This document shows, in pieces, positions 53,338 to 62,441 of a stretch of DNA of 62,441 nt; the stretch's first letter is position 1; every line of letters begins with the position of its first letter. Origin of the DNA: Candidatus Sungiibacteriota bacterium (GTDB taxonomy: Bacteria > Patescibacteriota > Minisyncoccia > Sungbacterales > HO2-52-23); NCBI GenBank assembly GCA_016206285.1, contig JACQRW010000006.1:1-62441 (forward strand), written 5' to 3'. A program made the position numbers and the translations under genes. The notes below the pieces were generated by a model. The model was not told the origin of the DNA and did not search any database. It was given only the letters and a program-made list of their open reading frames with translations.

Positions 53338-54399
53338 ATGATCCCCCCGGCAACCACAAAAGCAGCTGAAAAAGAGCATCATGAAGGCGGCATTGACGCG
53401 GCACTGCGTCCAAAGCACTGGGATGAGTACATCGGACAGCCGCATGTGAAAAAAAACTTGAAAATTCTCCTTGATGCGGCAAAAAAACGCAGCGAGCCCG
53501 GCGAACATATCCTCTTTAGCGGTCCGGCAGGACTTGGCAAGACTTCGCTCGCGCATTTGGTTGCGCGCGAGATGAATACGAATATCCGCGTTACTTCGGG
53601 CCCGGCAATTGAACGCGTGGGCGATCTTGCATCTATCCTCACCAATTTGATGCCCAACGATATCCTTTTCATTGACGAAATCCACCGGATGAATAAGCTC
53701 ATTGAAGAAGTGCTCTACCCTGCCATGGAATCACGCACGCTCGATATTATTGTAGGCAAAGGCCCCTCAGCGCGCACCATCCAGCTTGAGCTCCCTCCTT
53801 TTATGCTTGTTGCCGCCACAACGCGCCCCGGATTGCTTTCCGGACCGCTGCGGTCCCGCTTTGGCGCTTCGTTCCGCCTTGATTTTTATACCGGCGAAGA
53901 CATTCAAAAAATTATCTTGCGCTCCGCCGCGTTGCTTGATGTTATTGTCGAGCCCGCTGCGGTTGTTCGTCTTGCGGCAGCAGCCCGCTTTACACCGCGC
54001 GTGGCAAACCGCCTGCTGAAGCGCGCCCGTGATTATGCAGACGTGCACCCCGACATGGCAGACGGCCGCATATCAAACGAGACTCCAATAAAATCAATAA
54101 TCACCGACCACATTGCCAAAGCCGCGCTGGCGCTCATGGAAATCGACGAACAAGGACTTGATCCCATGGACCGAAATATTCTTGAGATCATCATCACAAA
54201 ATTCAATGGCGGCCCCGTAGGTATCCAGTCCATTGCTGCCGCCGCATCCGAAGACACGGATACGCTTGAGGAGGTATATGAACCGTACCTGATGCAGCTG
54301 GGTCTGCTGGAGCGCACCTCCCGCGGCAGAGTCGCCACCGAACGAGCATACAGCCATCTTGGCATTGCGACACAGCAACAACAAACTTTATTGACTTAA
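53338..54399 (+). CDS. ruvB: Holliday junction DNA helicase RuvB
   Basis: GPAGLGKTSLA Walker A, DEIHR, AAA+ plus winged-helix layout. Alternative TTG start at 53323. Confidence 0.9.
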   Translation: MIPPATTKAAEKEHHEGGIDAALRPKHWDEYIGQPHVKKNLKILLDAAKKRSEPGEHILFSGPAGLGKTSLAHLVAREMNTNIRVTSGPAIERVGDLASILTNLMPNDILFIDEIHRMNKLIEEVLYPAMESRTLDIIVGKGPSARTIQLELPPFMLVAATTRPGLLSGPLRSRFGASFRLDFYTGEDIQKIILRSAALLDVIVEPAAVVRLAAAARFTPRVANRLLKRARDYADVHPDMADGRISNETPIKSIITDHIAKAALALMEIDEQGLDPMDRNILEIIITKFNGGPVGIQSIAAAASEDTDTLEEVYEPYLMQLGLLERTSRGRVATERAYSHLGIATQQQQTLLT

Positions 54400-54415
54400 T
54401 GACAATAAGCAACAA

Positions 54416-54637
54416 ATGACTCTTTCTCTTCCCATCCCCATCTTCTACCTTGCAGCCGGAGCATTTGCGCTTTTCTCGATGGCATACCTCGCCATTGCAG
54501 GTTCAATCATCTATCATTTGCGTACATTCAGCCTTCCGGGCCGCACCTCTTCGTATATCATTTCAACGGTTTTTATGGTCGTATCCGGCTTGCTGTGGAT
54601 TATAGGACTTATATTTCTTTTCCGGCTTCCCCGGTAA
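54416..54637 (+). CDS. Small two-TM membrane protein
   Basis: 73 aa with two hydrophobic helices. Confidence 0.4.
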   Translation: MTLSLPIPIFYLAAGAFALFSMAYLAIAGSIIYHLRTFSLPGRTSSYIISTVFMVVSGLLWIIGLIFLFRLPR

Positions 54638-54666
54638 ATTTTTATAGGAAATGATACATTTGCTTT

Positions 54667-55191
54667 ATGATCCAGCTTCATGAAAACGAACATATGGTGC
54701 TCCTGCTTCACAAGCATTGGTTTGTGGTCGCGCGCACCGTGCTGGGTATTGTTTTTTTAATCATATTGCTTGCCGCAGCATTATTGCTGCTCCCCTTTCT
54801 GACCGACCGGCTTGACCCTGATCTGGCATCCGCCGCTACAGGGCTGGGACTTGCCATATACCTGATGATGGTGGCACTATTCGCCTTTTTCTCATGGATG
54901 GACTACTATCTTGATATGTGGATCGTAACCGAGAAACGGATTATTGACGTGGAGCAACGGGGGCTTTTCAGCCGCGAGGTTTCAGAAATACCGATCGCGA
55001 GCGTTCAGGACGTAACAGTAGAAGTACACGGGATCGTTCAAACCATGCTCGGGTTTGGCACGATCAAAATACAAACCGCAGGCGAGCGTGAATTCACCAT
55101 AGATGAGATCCCGCATCTTGCGGCAGTGAAAGACGCGATTCTTAATTATGCGCATCAGCAATTTGAAGCAACACAAAAAACCACCATATAG
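54667..55191 (+). CDS. Bacterial PH-domain membrane protein (YdbS/YdbT-like)
   Basis: HENEHMVLLLHKHWF start, two TM helices, then a bPH_2-like domain. Confidence 0.6.
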   Translation: MIQLHENEHMVLLLHKHWFVVARTVLGIVFLIILLAAALLLLPFLTDRLDPDLASAATGLGLAIYLMMVALFAFFSWMDYYLDMWIVTEKRIIDVEQRGLFSREVSEIPIASVQDVTVEVHGIVQTMLGFGTIKIQTAGEREFTIDEIPHLAAVKDAILNYAHQQFEATQKTTI

Positions 55192-55200
55192 ACACGCGCT

Positions 55201-55932
55201 ATGTCAGGCCACAATAAATGGGCACAGATAAAACATAAGAAGGCGATCACCGATGCCAAGAAAGGCACTCTTTTCTCAAAAATGGTGCGTGAGATCGCGA
55301 TCGCAGCAAAAACAGGCGACCCCAATCCGGAGATGAATATCCGACTGAAAGCTGCGATTGAACGCGCGCGATCCATCGGGCTGCCAAAGGATAATATAGA
55401 CCGCGCCGTGGCAAAAGCAGCCGGACACGGAGACGGCTCCGAACTTTTTGAATTTCTGTATGAAGCATCCGCGCCCGGAGGGGTGGCCATACTGATTGAA
55501 GGCATTACCGACAACAAGAACCGCACATTCAATGAGATCAAGCATCTGTTGAGTAAGCATGATGCGCGCCTTGCGGAGCCGGGAAGTTTACTTTGGAACT
55601 TTGAAAAAATCGGCATTATTGAAGTCAGCCGGACAAATACTCTATATGCCAACCAAGAAGACTTTGAACTGGCACTGATCGGAGCCGGCGCTTCGGATAT
55701 TGCCTGCCATGAAGATGCGACAATAGTCGAAGTTTTGTTTTCCGACCTTGCACATGTCCGGAAAGAGCTTAAAAAACTCGGCGTCCGCATAATCCAATCC
55801 GGGCACGACTACAAGTCGCGCTCCCCGCTTTCCCTATCAGAACTTCCGGCTTCGCTCGAAACACTGCTCGACGCTATTTCCGAACACGACGACGTGCAGG
55901 AAGTGTATACGAATATCAACAATAGAACATAA
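55201..55932 (+). CDS. yebC: YebC/PmpR family transcriptional regulator
   Basis: MSGHNKWAQIKHKKA signature N-terminus. Confidence 0.9.
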   Translation: MSGHNKWAQIKHKKAITDAKKGTLFSKMVREIAIAAKTGDPNPEMNIRLKAAIERARSIGLPKDNIDRAVAKAAGHGDGSELFEFLYEASAPGGVAILIEGITDNKNRTFNEIKHLLSKHDARLAEPGSLLWNFEKIGIIEVSRTNTLYANQEDFELALIGAGASDIACHEDATIVEVLFSDLAHVRKELKKLGVRIIQSGHDYKSRSPLSLSELPASLETLLDAISEHDDVQEVYTNINNRT

Positions 55933-55994
55933 AACGTAGAACTTAAAACAAGAAGTAAATTTATTGTGCTACGTTCTATGTTTATAGTTTTATG
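55924..55994. repeat. Inverted heptamer-array element C
   Basis: ATAGAAC ATAAAAC GTAGAAC TTAAAAC ... loop ... GTGCTAC GTTCTAT GTTTATA GTTTTAT. Confidence 0.7.
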
Positions 55995-56501
55995 GTTATC
56001 TTGGGCATTGATCCCGGGACCTCGTCCATCGGCTACAGTATTTTTGAAACCGGCAATCCTCCGCGCCTCCTGCATGCGGGAGTATTACGGCTGGAGCGCA
56101 TAGCCCCGGTAGACCGCCTCCTCGTACTTCATACCAGCATTAAAAAATCAGTTGAAGAATGGAAGCCGGAAACACTCGCCATTGAAAAACTTTTCTTTGC
56201 CAAAAACACTAAAACCGCACTGGCCGTAAGTGAAAGCCGCGGGGCGATCCTCTTGACAGCAGCTCTTGCAGGGATTACAGTCTTCGAGTATACTCCGCTG
56301 GAGATAAAAAAGATTGTTACGGGAGACGGCTCGGCTGATAAGGCCCAAGTGGAGAAAATGCTCCGTCTGGTTCTGCCGGATACGGCAAAGCTTAAGACGC
56401 AGGACGACATGTTTGACGCCATTGCCGTCGCGTATGCCTGCTATCTCAAAGAATTTAGAAACGTATACACAAAATACCCACCTGCCGACCGGCAGGTCTG
56501 A
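55992..56501 (+). CDS. ruvC: Crossover junction endodeoxyribonuclease RuvC
   Basis: ILGIDPGTSSIGY catalytic Asp region, 169 aa. Confidence 0.9.
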   Translation: MVILGIDPGTSSIGYSIFETGNPPRLLHAGVLRLERIAPVDRLLVLHTSIKKSVEEWKPETLAIEKLFFAKNTKTALAVSESRGAILLTAALAGITVFEYTPLEIKKIVTGDGSADKAQVEKMLRLVLPDTAKLKTQDDMFDAIAVAYACYLKEFRNVYTKYPPADRQV

Positions 56502-56573
56502 ACGCATAAAAAGGTCGAAGAGGACAATCGAGTCAAGCTCGAACATTTGCATTAAATTCAAGAAGAACGTTTT

Positions 56574-56702
56574 ATGGATTACGATGCACAAACACATATC
56601 ACCAATGAAGATGATATGGACGAAGATGATGAGGCAGAACTTCTGACCGAAGGCGATGAAGAAGATGGGGATGACACCGAAACCGAAGAAGAAGGATTTT
56701 AA
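56574..56702 (+). CDS. Very acidic 42-aa ORF (tentative)
   Basis: Manual read: MDYDAQTHITNEDDMDEDDEAELLTEGDEEDGDDTETEEEGF. A strong terminator follows, but there is no clear SD. Confidence 0.3.
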   Translation: MDYDAQTHITNEDDMDEDDEAELLTEGDEEDGDDTETEEEGF

Positions 56703-56718
56703 GTTTCTTGTTTGCTAT

Positions 56719-56745
56719 AAAAACCCCGATCAGCCGGGGTTTTTA
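56719..56745. terminator. Bidirectional rho-independent terminator
   Basis: aaaaaccccg-atcagc-cggggttttt. Confidence 0.65.
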
Positions 56746-56761
56746 TTATGCTCACTTTTAT

Positions 56762-56815
56762 AATTCTATAATCCAGTAAATGAGACGATCGTCACAGGCT
56801 CTGGATTATAGAATT
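56762..56815. repeat. Nested palindrome with CGATCG core, copy 2
   Basis: 15-bp arms aattctataatccag / ctggattatagaatt around gacgatcgtc. Confidence 0.85.
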
Positions 56816-56818
56816 CAA

Positions 56819-58030
56819 TTAAAACAGCAGTTTTGCGATCTTTCGTTTGCCTACGCGGAAAATTATGCCGTTCTTCTTCTCAATTTTTATAGTCTTCTCA
56901 TCAATTCGTTTGCCGTCTACTTCAACCCCGCCCTGCTTCAGGAGCCGCCGGGCATCCCCTTTCGAGGTAGCAAACCCGGTTTCAAACAGTATCTCGATTA
57001 TATTGTCCGAATTGACTTTCATTTCTTTGATCTCTTCCGGAAGTTCTTTTTTGGAGAACACGGCAAGGAATTGCTCGCGGGCTTTGATCGCTGCCTGCTC
57101 GCCGTGGTAGCGCTCCACCAGCGTCTCGGCAAAAATAAGTTTGGCATCGCGCGGATTCATGCCGCCTTTTAGCTCCGCTCCGATCCTGGCAATCTGCTCA
57201 GTCGGCATATCGGTATACACTTCCAAGTACGGGATAATAAGCGAATCGAGCAAACGCATGGCCTTGCCGAATTTATCAGCAGGCGTGTCGTTGAGGCCGA
57301 TGTAATTACCAAGCGACTTGGACATCTTCGGCCCGCCATCAAGTCCGGGCAATATTTTCAGAGTTACAATCGCCTGCGGCGGCTGACCGAATTTTTCCTG
57401 AAAAAACCGTCCAAAATGTTCGTTGAACAGCTGATCCGATCCGATGATGGTGATATCGCTTTTGATCGCCACCGAATCATACCCCTGCAGCAGCGGATAG
57501 AGTAATTCCGTCATGGCGATTTCTTTTCCCTTTTTTATCCGCTCCTGAAACATATCGCGTTCGATCAGGCGACTGTGCGTGACCATGGCGCACAGATTGA
57601 GAAAATCCCACTCTTTCATCTTGCCGTGCCACTCGGCATTGGAACGGAATTCAAAATGTGTTTTGTCAGTCAGTAAAATCGAGCCAAGCTGCTTTTTCAA
57701 CGCCGCGACATTGCGCCGGATTACTTCGGCGGTCAACACCGGCCGCGCGGCATCCTTGCCGGTCGGGTCCCCGATGCGCGTGGTAAATTCTCCCAAAATA
57801 ATCACAGCCTTGTGGCCCGCATCCTGCAACGCCCGTATCTTCCACAGCGGCACCGCGTGCCCGATATGCAGATCAGACGATGTCGCGTCTATCCCCAGTT
57901 TGATCCGCAGCTGTTTTTTTGAAGCCAAAAGTTTCTCCAACTCATCCTTGGTAATAATATCATCCACCCCGCGGGTAAAGATGCCGGATTGAAGCGTGAG
58001 TTTTTCTCTATTATGTTTGGTAGTTTTCAT
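56819..58030 (-). CDS. tyrS: Tyrosine--tRNA ligase
   Basis: HIGH-type motif (DLHIGHAV), KMSKS, C-terminal S4-like domain. Confidence 0.95.
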   Translation of the reverse strand: MKTTKHNREKLTLQSGIFTRGVDDIITKDELEKLLASKKQLRIKLGIDATSSDLHIGHAVPLWKIRALQDAGHKAVIILGEFTTRIGDPTGKDAARPVLTAEVIRRNVAALKKQLGSILLTDKTHFEFRSNAEWHGKMKEWDFLNLCAMVTHSRLIERDMFQERIKKGKEIAMTELLYPLLQGYDSVAIKSDITIIGSDQLFNEHFGRFFQEKFGQPPQAIVTLKILPGLDGGPKMSKSLGNYIGLNDTPADKFGKAMRLLDSLIIPYLEVYTDMPTEQIARIGAELKGGMNPRDAKLIFAETLVERYHGEQAAIKAREQFLAVFSKKELPEEIKEMKVNSDNIIEILFETGFATSKGDARRLLKQGGVEVDGKRIDEKTIKIEKKNGIIFRVGKRKIAKLLF

Positions 58031-58233
58031 GCCTGAATGATACTACGTATAATCAATCTTCGCTCAATATTATAGCATAGATAAGGCTACACTATATATT
58101 GACTTTTTATATTTTTATGTCATATGTCGGCAACCAGCGGTTGACCACTCTTATATTTTCTGGTCTAATGCAGATAGTATAGAGAACGTAATAGCGTTCA
58201 ACGCTCGGACTCCTTAAGGACTGAATCTTTAGC

Positions 58234-60777
58234 ATGAAAAAACGTTCACGAATGAAAAAATGGCTCGTACGGATCGGATTTTTTATTTTGGTGCTTTTTT
58301 TTGCCGGATTGATTACGACTGCAGTGAGCGCTTTTTGGTTGAGCAGAAATCTGCCTAATCCGGAGCGGATTTCGGAGCGGGCGGTTGCGGAATCAACCAA
58401 GATTTACGACCGCACAGGCAAGATATTGCTCTATGACATTCACGGAGAGGAAAAACGCACGATTATTCCTTTTGAACAAATACCGTCAAATCTCATACAC
58501 GCCACGCTCGCAGCGGAAGATGCCCGCTTTTACCAGCACACCGGCATTGATCTGCGCGGTTTTGCGCGAGCGGTCATTGGTTATATACGCAACCGCCAGG
58601 CCGGACCCGGAGGATCCACCATTACCCAGCAGCTGGTGAAAAAAGCGCTGCTCTCGGACGAGCGTACCATTTCGCGCAAGATCAAAGAAGCCATACTTGC
58701 AATCTTGCTTGAACGCAAGTATTCCAAAGATGAAATTCTGAGCATGTATCTGAACCAGATCCCCTACGGGTCAAACGCGTACGGCATTTCCGCCGCAGCG
58801 CAAACTTTTTTCGGCAAACAAGCATCGGAACTCACGCTTGCGGAGGCGGCCACGCTTGCAGCGCTTCCCAACGCGCCTACGCGCCTTTCTCCGTACGGCT
58901 CGCATCAGGACGAATTAGCCAACAGAAGAAATTATGTTCTGGACCGGATGATGGAAGCCGGATTCGCAACCAAAGAAGAGGCCACTGCGGCAAAAAATGC
59001 TGTTGTTATGGTCATACCTCCGCGGCAAGGACTGATCGCTCCGCACTTTGTCATGTATGTGCGCGAGTATTTGCAGGAAAAGTACGGGGAAAATGCGGTT
59101 GAACAAAGCGGCTTTAAAGTAATCACCACACTGGATGTGGATATGCAGAATGCCGCAGAAAAGATCATCAAAGAAAGCGCGGAGCTCAATGAAAAACAGG
59201 CCGGGGCAGCCAACGCAGCCGCAGTGGTTATCAATCCCAAAACAGGAGACATTTTGGCAATGGCGGGTTCCGCAGATTATTGGAGCACGCCAAAGCCGAA
59301 CGGATGCAAGCCAGGGGTAAACTGCCGGCTTGATCCGCACGTCAATATTGCCACACGCTCCCGCCAGCCAGGGTCTTCCTTTAAACCCTTTGTATACGCA
59401 ACCGCTCTGAAAAAAGGATTCACGCCCGAGACGGTTTTATTCGATGTGTTTACGGAGTTTAATACCTATTGCAACACAGACGGCACCCCAGGGCCTTCTG
59501 CGGGTCCTGAAACGCATTGTTACCATCCGCAGGACTACGACAGCACATTTCGCGGCCCCGTAAATCTGCGCCAGGCGCTTGCGCAGTCTTTGAATGTGCC
59601 GGCGGTAAAACTGCTCTATCTTGCCGGAATCAAGGATTCAATTGCAACCGCACAGTCCATGGGTATCTCCACATTAACCGATCCGAGCCGATATGGGCTT
59701 TCCCTGGTACTTGGAGGCGCAGAAGTGACTTTACTCGACATGACATCCGCCTACGGCGTTTTTGCACAAGACGGCATTCTGCATCCGAGAACCGCAGTCA
59801 TACGGATCGAAAATACAAAGGGCGATCTGCTTGAAGAAAAGAAAGACAGTGCTATCCCGGTGCTTGATACTGAGGTCGCTCGAACTATGAATAGCATGCT
59901 ATCCGACAATCAGGCCCGGGTGCCGGTATTCAGCCCCTCAAGTTCACTGTATTTCCCGGGCAAAAAAATCGCTGCAAAAACCGGAACAACGCAGGACTAC
60001 CGCGATGCATGGACTGTCGGATACACGCCGTCAATCGTGATCGGCGTGTGGGTCGGCAACAGCGACAACACGGCCATGCGCCACTCCAGCGCATCGGTTA
60101 TGGTCGCCGCACCTATCTGGCACAAACTCATGGCTTACGGCCTCGACAAGATCCCCCCTGAAGAATTCATCGCACCGGAGAAAAAAGAACCGACAAAAGC
60201 GATATTGCGGGGAGCATATCGCGGCGGCCCATTTGTGAAAATAGATTCGGTTTCAAAAAAACTCGCTACCGAATATACCCCGCCGGAACTGGTGCAGGAG
60301 ATCGGCCTTGGCCCGGTACAGTCTATTTTGGGGCTGATCAATAAGGATGATCCGCTCGGCCCGCCGCCGACAAACCCATACGAGGACATTCAATACAGCC
60401 ACTGGCAGAGCGGTATTGATGCATGGACACTGGGGCATGGCATTCCCTCCGCAACTGTGCCAAGCGAAACGGATGACGTGCATACGCCCGAAAAACATCC
60501 AAACATTTCCTTAGTATTGCCCGATCCCAACCTTGACCAGCTAAAAGATATACGGCAGATTACAACATCCGTAAACGCCGCGTTCCCGCTTCGGGAGGTG
60601 TCTTTGTTTATCAATGACGAATTGATTGATTCCAAAACTGCGCCCATCATAACCCAACAGCTTACCTTTCCGCTCACTACTCCTCTGGCTCCGGGAAATT
60701 ACACCATAAAAATCACCGCATACGACGCGATGGAAAATAAAGAGACCCTAGAACAGAAAGTGACTGTGGTGAAGTGA
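58234..60777 (+). CDS. Bifunctional penicillin-binding protein 1A (GT51 glycosyltransferase plus transpeptidase)
   Basis: EDARFYQHTGID and RKIKE GT51 motifs; SSFKPF (SxxK) transpeptidase motif; KTGTT. Confidence 0.9.
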   Translation: MKKRSRMKKWLVRIGFFILVLFFAGLITTAVSAFWLSRNLPNPERISERAVAESTKIYDRTGKILLYDIHGEEKRTIIPFEQIPSNLIHATLAAEDARFYQHTGIDLRGFARAVIGYIRNRQAGPGGSTITQQLVKKALLSDERTISRKIKEAILAILLERKYSKDEILSMYLNQIPYGSNAYGISAAAQTFFGKQASELTLAEAATLAALPNAPTRLSPYGSHQDELANRRNYVLDRMMEAGFATKEEATAAKNAVVMVIPPRQGLIAPHFVMYVREYLQEKYGENAVEQSGFKVITTLDVDMQNAAEKIIKESAELNEKQAGAANAAAVVINPKTGDILAMAGSADYWSTPKPNGCKPGVNCRLDPHVNIATRSRQPGSSFKPFVYATALKKGFTPETVLFDVFTEFNTYCNTDGTPGPSAGPETHCYHPQDYDSTFRGPVNLRQALAQSLNVPAVKLLYLAGIKDSIATAQSMGISTLTDPSRYGLSLVLGGAEVTLLDMTSAYGVFAQDGILHPRTAVIRIENTKGDLLEEKKDSAIPVLDTEVARTMNSMLSDNQARVPVFSPSSSLYFPGKKIAAKTGTTQDYRDAWTVGYTPSIVIGVWVGNSDNTAMRHSSASVMVAAPIWHKLMAYGLDKIPPEEFIAPEKKEPTKAILRGAYRGGPFVKIDSVSKKLATEYTPPELVQEIGLGPVQSILGLINKDDPLGPPPTNPYEDIQYSHWQSGIDAWTLGHGIPSATVPSETDDVHTPEKHPNISLVLPDPNLDQLKDIRQITTSVNAAFPLREVSLFINDELIDSKTAPIITQQLTFPLTTPLAPGNYTIKITAYDAMENKETLEQKVTVVK

Positions 60778-60778
60778 T

Positions 60779-61303
60779 TTACGCGGGAGGATTCTTATGA
60801 GCGGAGTAATCATCCCTAATAACCCACGAGGCGATCCTAAATATAAGTTCTAGTGGTTCATCAGGAGTGTTTACCGCATGTTGCTTCAATAAATCCATAG
60901 CAGGATTGTCTTTTAATTGCTCTAGTACTCTTTCTGCACCTTGTTCAAAGTCATATAGAGTTCTTAAATTAAGACTGTCCATTAATGAAAATATTTGAGG
61001 TTTCATTTGTGAATAAAAACTATTGAAGCCAGAATCTTCGAGGAGTTTTTTCCCTTTATCGTTCGGGACGGTAGGACTGTGACTAACCCCATATTTAGTA
61101 TGCACTTGCAACGCGGTGATATTAGCTCCGTGTGTGGCTATTGAAGTGCGGAAGTCATCAATACATTTTTTAACTTCATCCATCGATTTAGCAAGATGGG
61201 AAACCTTTTCATCAGTTCTTACAATTATTTCTTTGGTCGTTCCAAGCAGAAGCGTTGAAATCCATCCTCCTATTTTTTCAATTGTTGAAAGTTTATCGTT
61301 CAT
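60779..61303 (-). CDS. Hypothetical protein (AT-rich gene)
   Basis: 174-aa ORF, no family recognised, visibly lower GC than its neighbours. Confidence 0.45.
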   Translation of the reverse strand: MNDKLSTIEKIGGWISTLLLGTTKEIIVRTDEKVSHLAKSMDEVKKCIDDFRTSIATHGANITALQVHTKYGVSHSPTVPNDKGKKLLEDSGFNSFYSQMKPQIFSLMDSLNLRTLYDFEQGAERVLEQLKDNPAMDLLKQHAVNTPDEPLELIFRIASWVIRDDYSAHKNPPA

Positions 61304-61373
61304 ATTTCTTTTTGAAAAACTATCCCCTTTTTACGAGTATACCACCTCCTATCAATAGAGTAAAACAGGTATT

Positions 61374-62441
61374 TTACGAAACCCTGATCGGCATGATGAC
61401 GTAGAGGAGGGTGTTGTCGGTGCGGTCGTGCATGAGGGCCGGGGCGGTTTCGTTGTTCATGCCAAAAAATATTTCATCGCCGCGCAGTGTGGACAGACCG
61501 TCCATAAGATAACGATAATTAAAACTGACCTGGCTGGCTTTTCCGGAAAGTGTAATGGGAAAGCGCGTGTGATATTCTCCGATCTCCTGATTGGATGAAG
61601 ATATTTCACATTCGGTTTCCGTGAATGAGATCGTCACATCCTGCAACTTGGAGGCAAATATGCTTGATGAGCGCACTGCCTGTAAAAGTTCCGTTCGTTT
61701 CAGAAAACACGTAGTTTCGAACTGGCTCGGGATAATGGCGCCGTACTCCGGAAAATTTCCTTCTATGAGCCGGGAAACGATGCGCATGCCCTCGCGCTCG
61801 ATCAATATTTGATTTTCACCCATACTCATGGAAACCTGATCGTCGCCATCCTGGCCGGACGGATCAAGAATGCGAGAAAGCTCGCTTGCCATGCGTTGCG
61901 GCAAAATAAAAGAGAATTGCGACTGATCCTCCACGCCGGTTCCTTGCTTTGCCATAGATAAGGGAATTGTCTTTTCAGCAAGCCGAAACGTATCGGTTGC
62001 GGCAAGATGCAGGCTGCGCAAACCGATTTTACAGTTGATACCCGCAAGCTCCGGCTTAAATTCGGAAAGCGAAACTGCGGGCAGCACGCTTGCGATTCCG
62101 TTTTGCAGTTCACTGCCACTTATCTGAAAAGAAGCGTTCTTTTTTATTGTTGGGATTAAAGGAAAATCATCAGCAGACATGCTATTAAGCCGGGCATCTC
62201 GCGTATCGCTTTTTATAATCACGCTGCCGCCTTTTTCTTCGAGTTGTATTTTATCATCGTGCCGCGAAGAACCGGCCATAGACTGTACAAGCGCTGAGGC
62301 GATTTTTGCCGGCACGCTTACTTTACCCTCTTTGCCTCCGCTGCCCGAAACCGTCAGTTGTATTGCATATTCAAGATTAGTCGCCGTCACCGTAAGTGTG
62401 TTTTCCCGGACCTCAAGCAGTATATTTCCTAAAATCGGCAA
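61374..62441 (-). CDS. dnaN: DNA polymerase III beta sliding clamp, truncated by the window edge
   Basis: LEVRENTLTVTATNLE... three-domain clamp pattern. The apparent TTG start at the edge is an artefact. Confidence 0.9.
   Translation of the reverse strand: MPILGNILLEVRENTLTVTATNLEYAIQLTVSGSGGKEGKVSVPAKIASALVQSMAGSSRHDDKIQLEEKGGSVIIKSDTRDARLNSMSADDFPLIPTIKKNASFQISGSELQNGIASVLPAVSLSEFKPELAGINCKIGLRSLHLAATDTFRLAEKTIPLSMAKQGTGVEDQSQFSFILPQRMASELSRILDPSGQDGDDQVSMSMGENQILIEREGMRIVSRLIEGNFPEYGAIIPSQFETTCFLKRTELLQAVRSSSIFASKLQDVTISFTETECEISSSNQEIGEYHTRFPITLSGKASQVSFNYRYLMDGLSTLRGDEIFFGMNNETAPALMHDRTDNTLLYVIMPIRVS

Noticed and set aside
51158-55994. Heptamer arrays considered as a CRISPR array
   Set aside because: The units are 7 nt, contiguous and degenerate, with no unique spacers and no cas genes. 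This is not CRISPR.
58031-58233. Possible T-box leader upstream of tyrS
   Set aside because: No T-box consensus (AATTAGGGTGGTACCGCG-like) and no specifier/antiterminator architecture is visible on the minus strand. The region holds only promoter-like boxes and small palindromes.

Overview
Read by eye with no searches, this 62.4 kb window looks like a gene-dense Patescibacteria/CPR-type bacterial chromosome segment; that taxonomic call is inferred from gene content and repeat signatures. About 60 genes are present, mostly on the minus strand. dnaN runs off the right edge, which fits an origin lying beyond it. The housekeeping backbone covers four groups. DNA repair and replication: uvrB, ruvA, ruvB, ruvC, polA, holA-like, dnaN, and an EndoQ-like PHP nuclease. 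Cell wall: a MurE-like Mur ligase, a FemAB-family transferase, PBP1A, and two PG-binding proteins. Translation: rpsT, tyrS, tsaE, and tRNA-Arg(CCG). Also present are pilB/gspE and yebC. Visibly AT-richer accessory segments interrupt this backbone. (1) At 9.2-16.7 kb, next to tRNA-Arg: a Fic protein, a ~0.5 kb highly structured non-coding region (possible RNase P RNA), a paralogous NYN/LabA-like gene pair, a small possible wHTH protein, a DEDD exonuclease-WYL fusion, and a patatin-like lipase. (2) At 31.6-36.8 kb: a type III R-M locus with an extra translationally coupled ORF between mod and res. (3) At 43.6-45.3 kb: a second Fic locus. (4) At 24.8-31.4 kb: a surface-protein cluster. The non-coding layer is unusually rich. 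A GC-rich double-hairpin palindromic element is inserted in frame in uvrB, with a half copy inside mod. A 52-54 bp nested palindrome with a CGATCG core occurs twice. Inverted arrays of NTARAAC heptamers occur three times. A 167 bp element is bounded by perfect 15 bp inverted repeats. Sigma70-like promoters recur with the -10 box placed 6-8 nt before the start codon, implying leaderless mRNAs. My best candidates for an undescribed system are the NYN-pair/wHTH/exonuclease-WYL neighbourhood and the three-gene type III R-M variant. Every functional call comes from motif recognition, and none was checked against a database.
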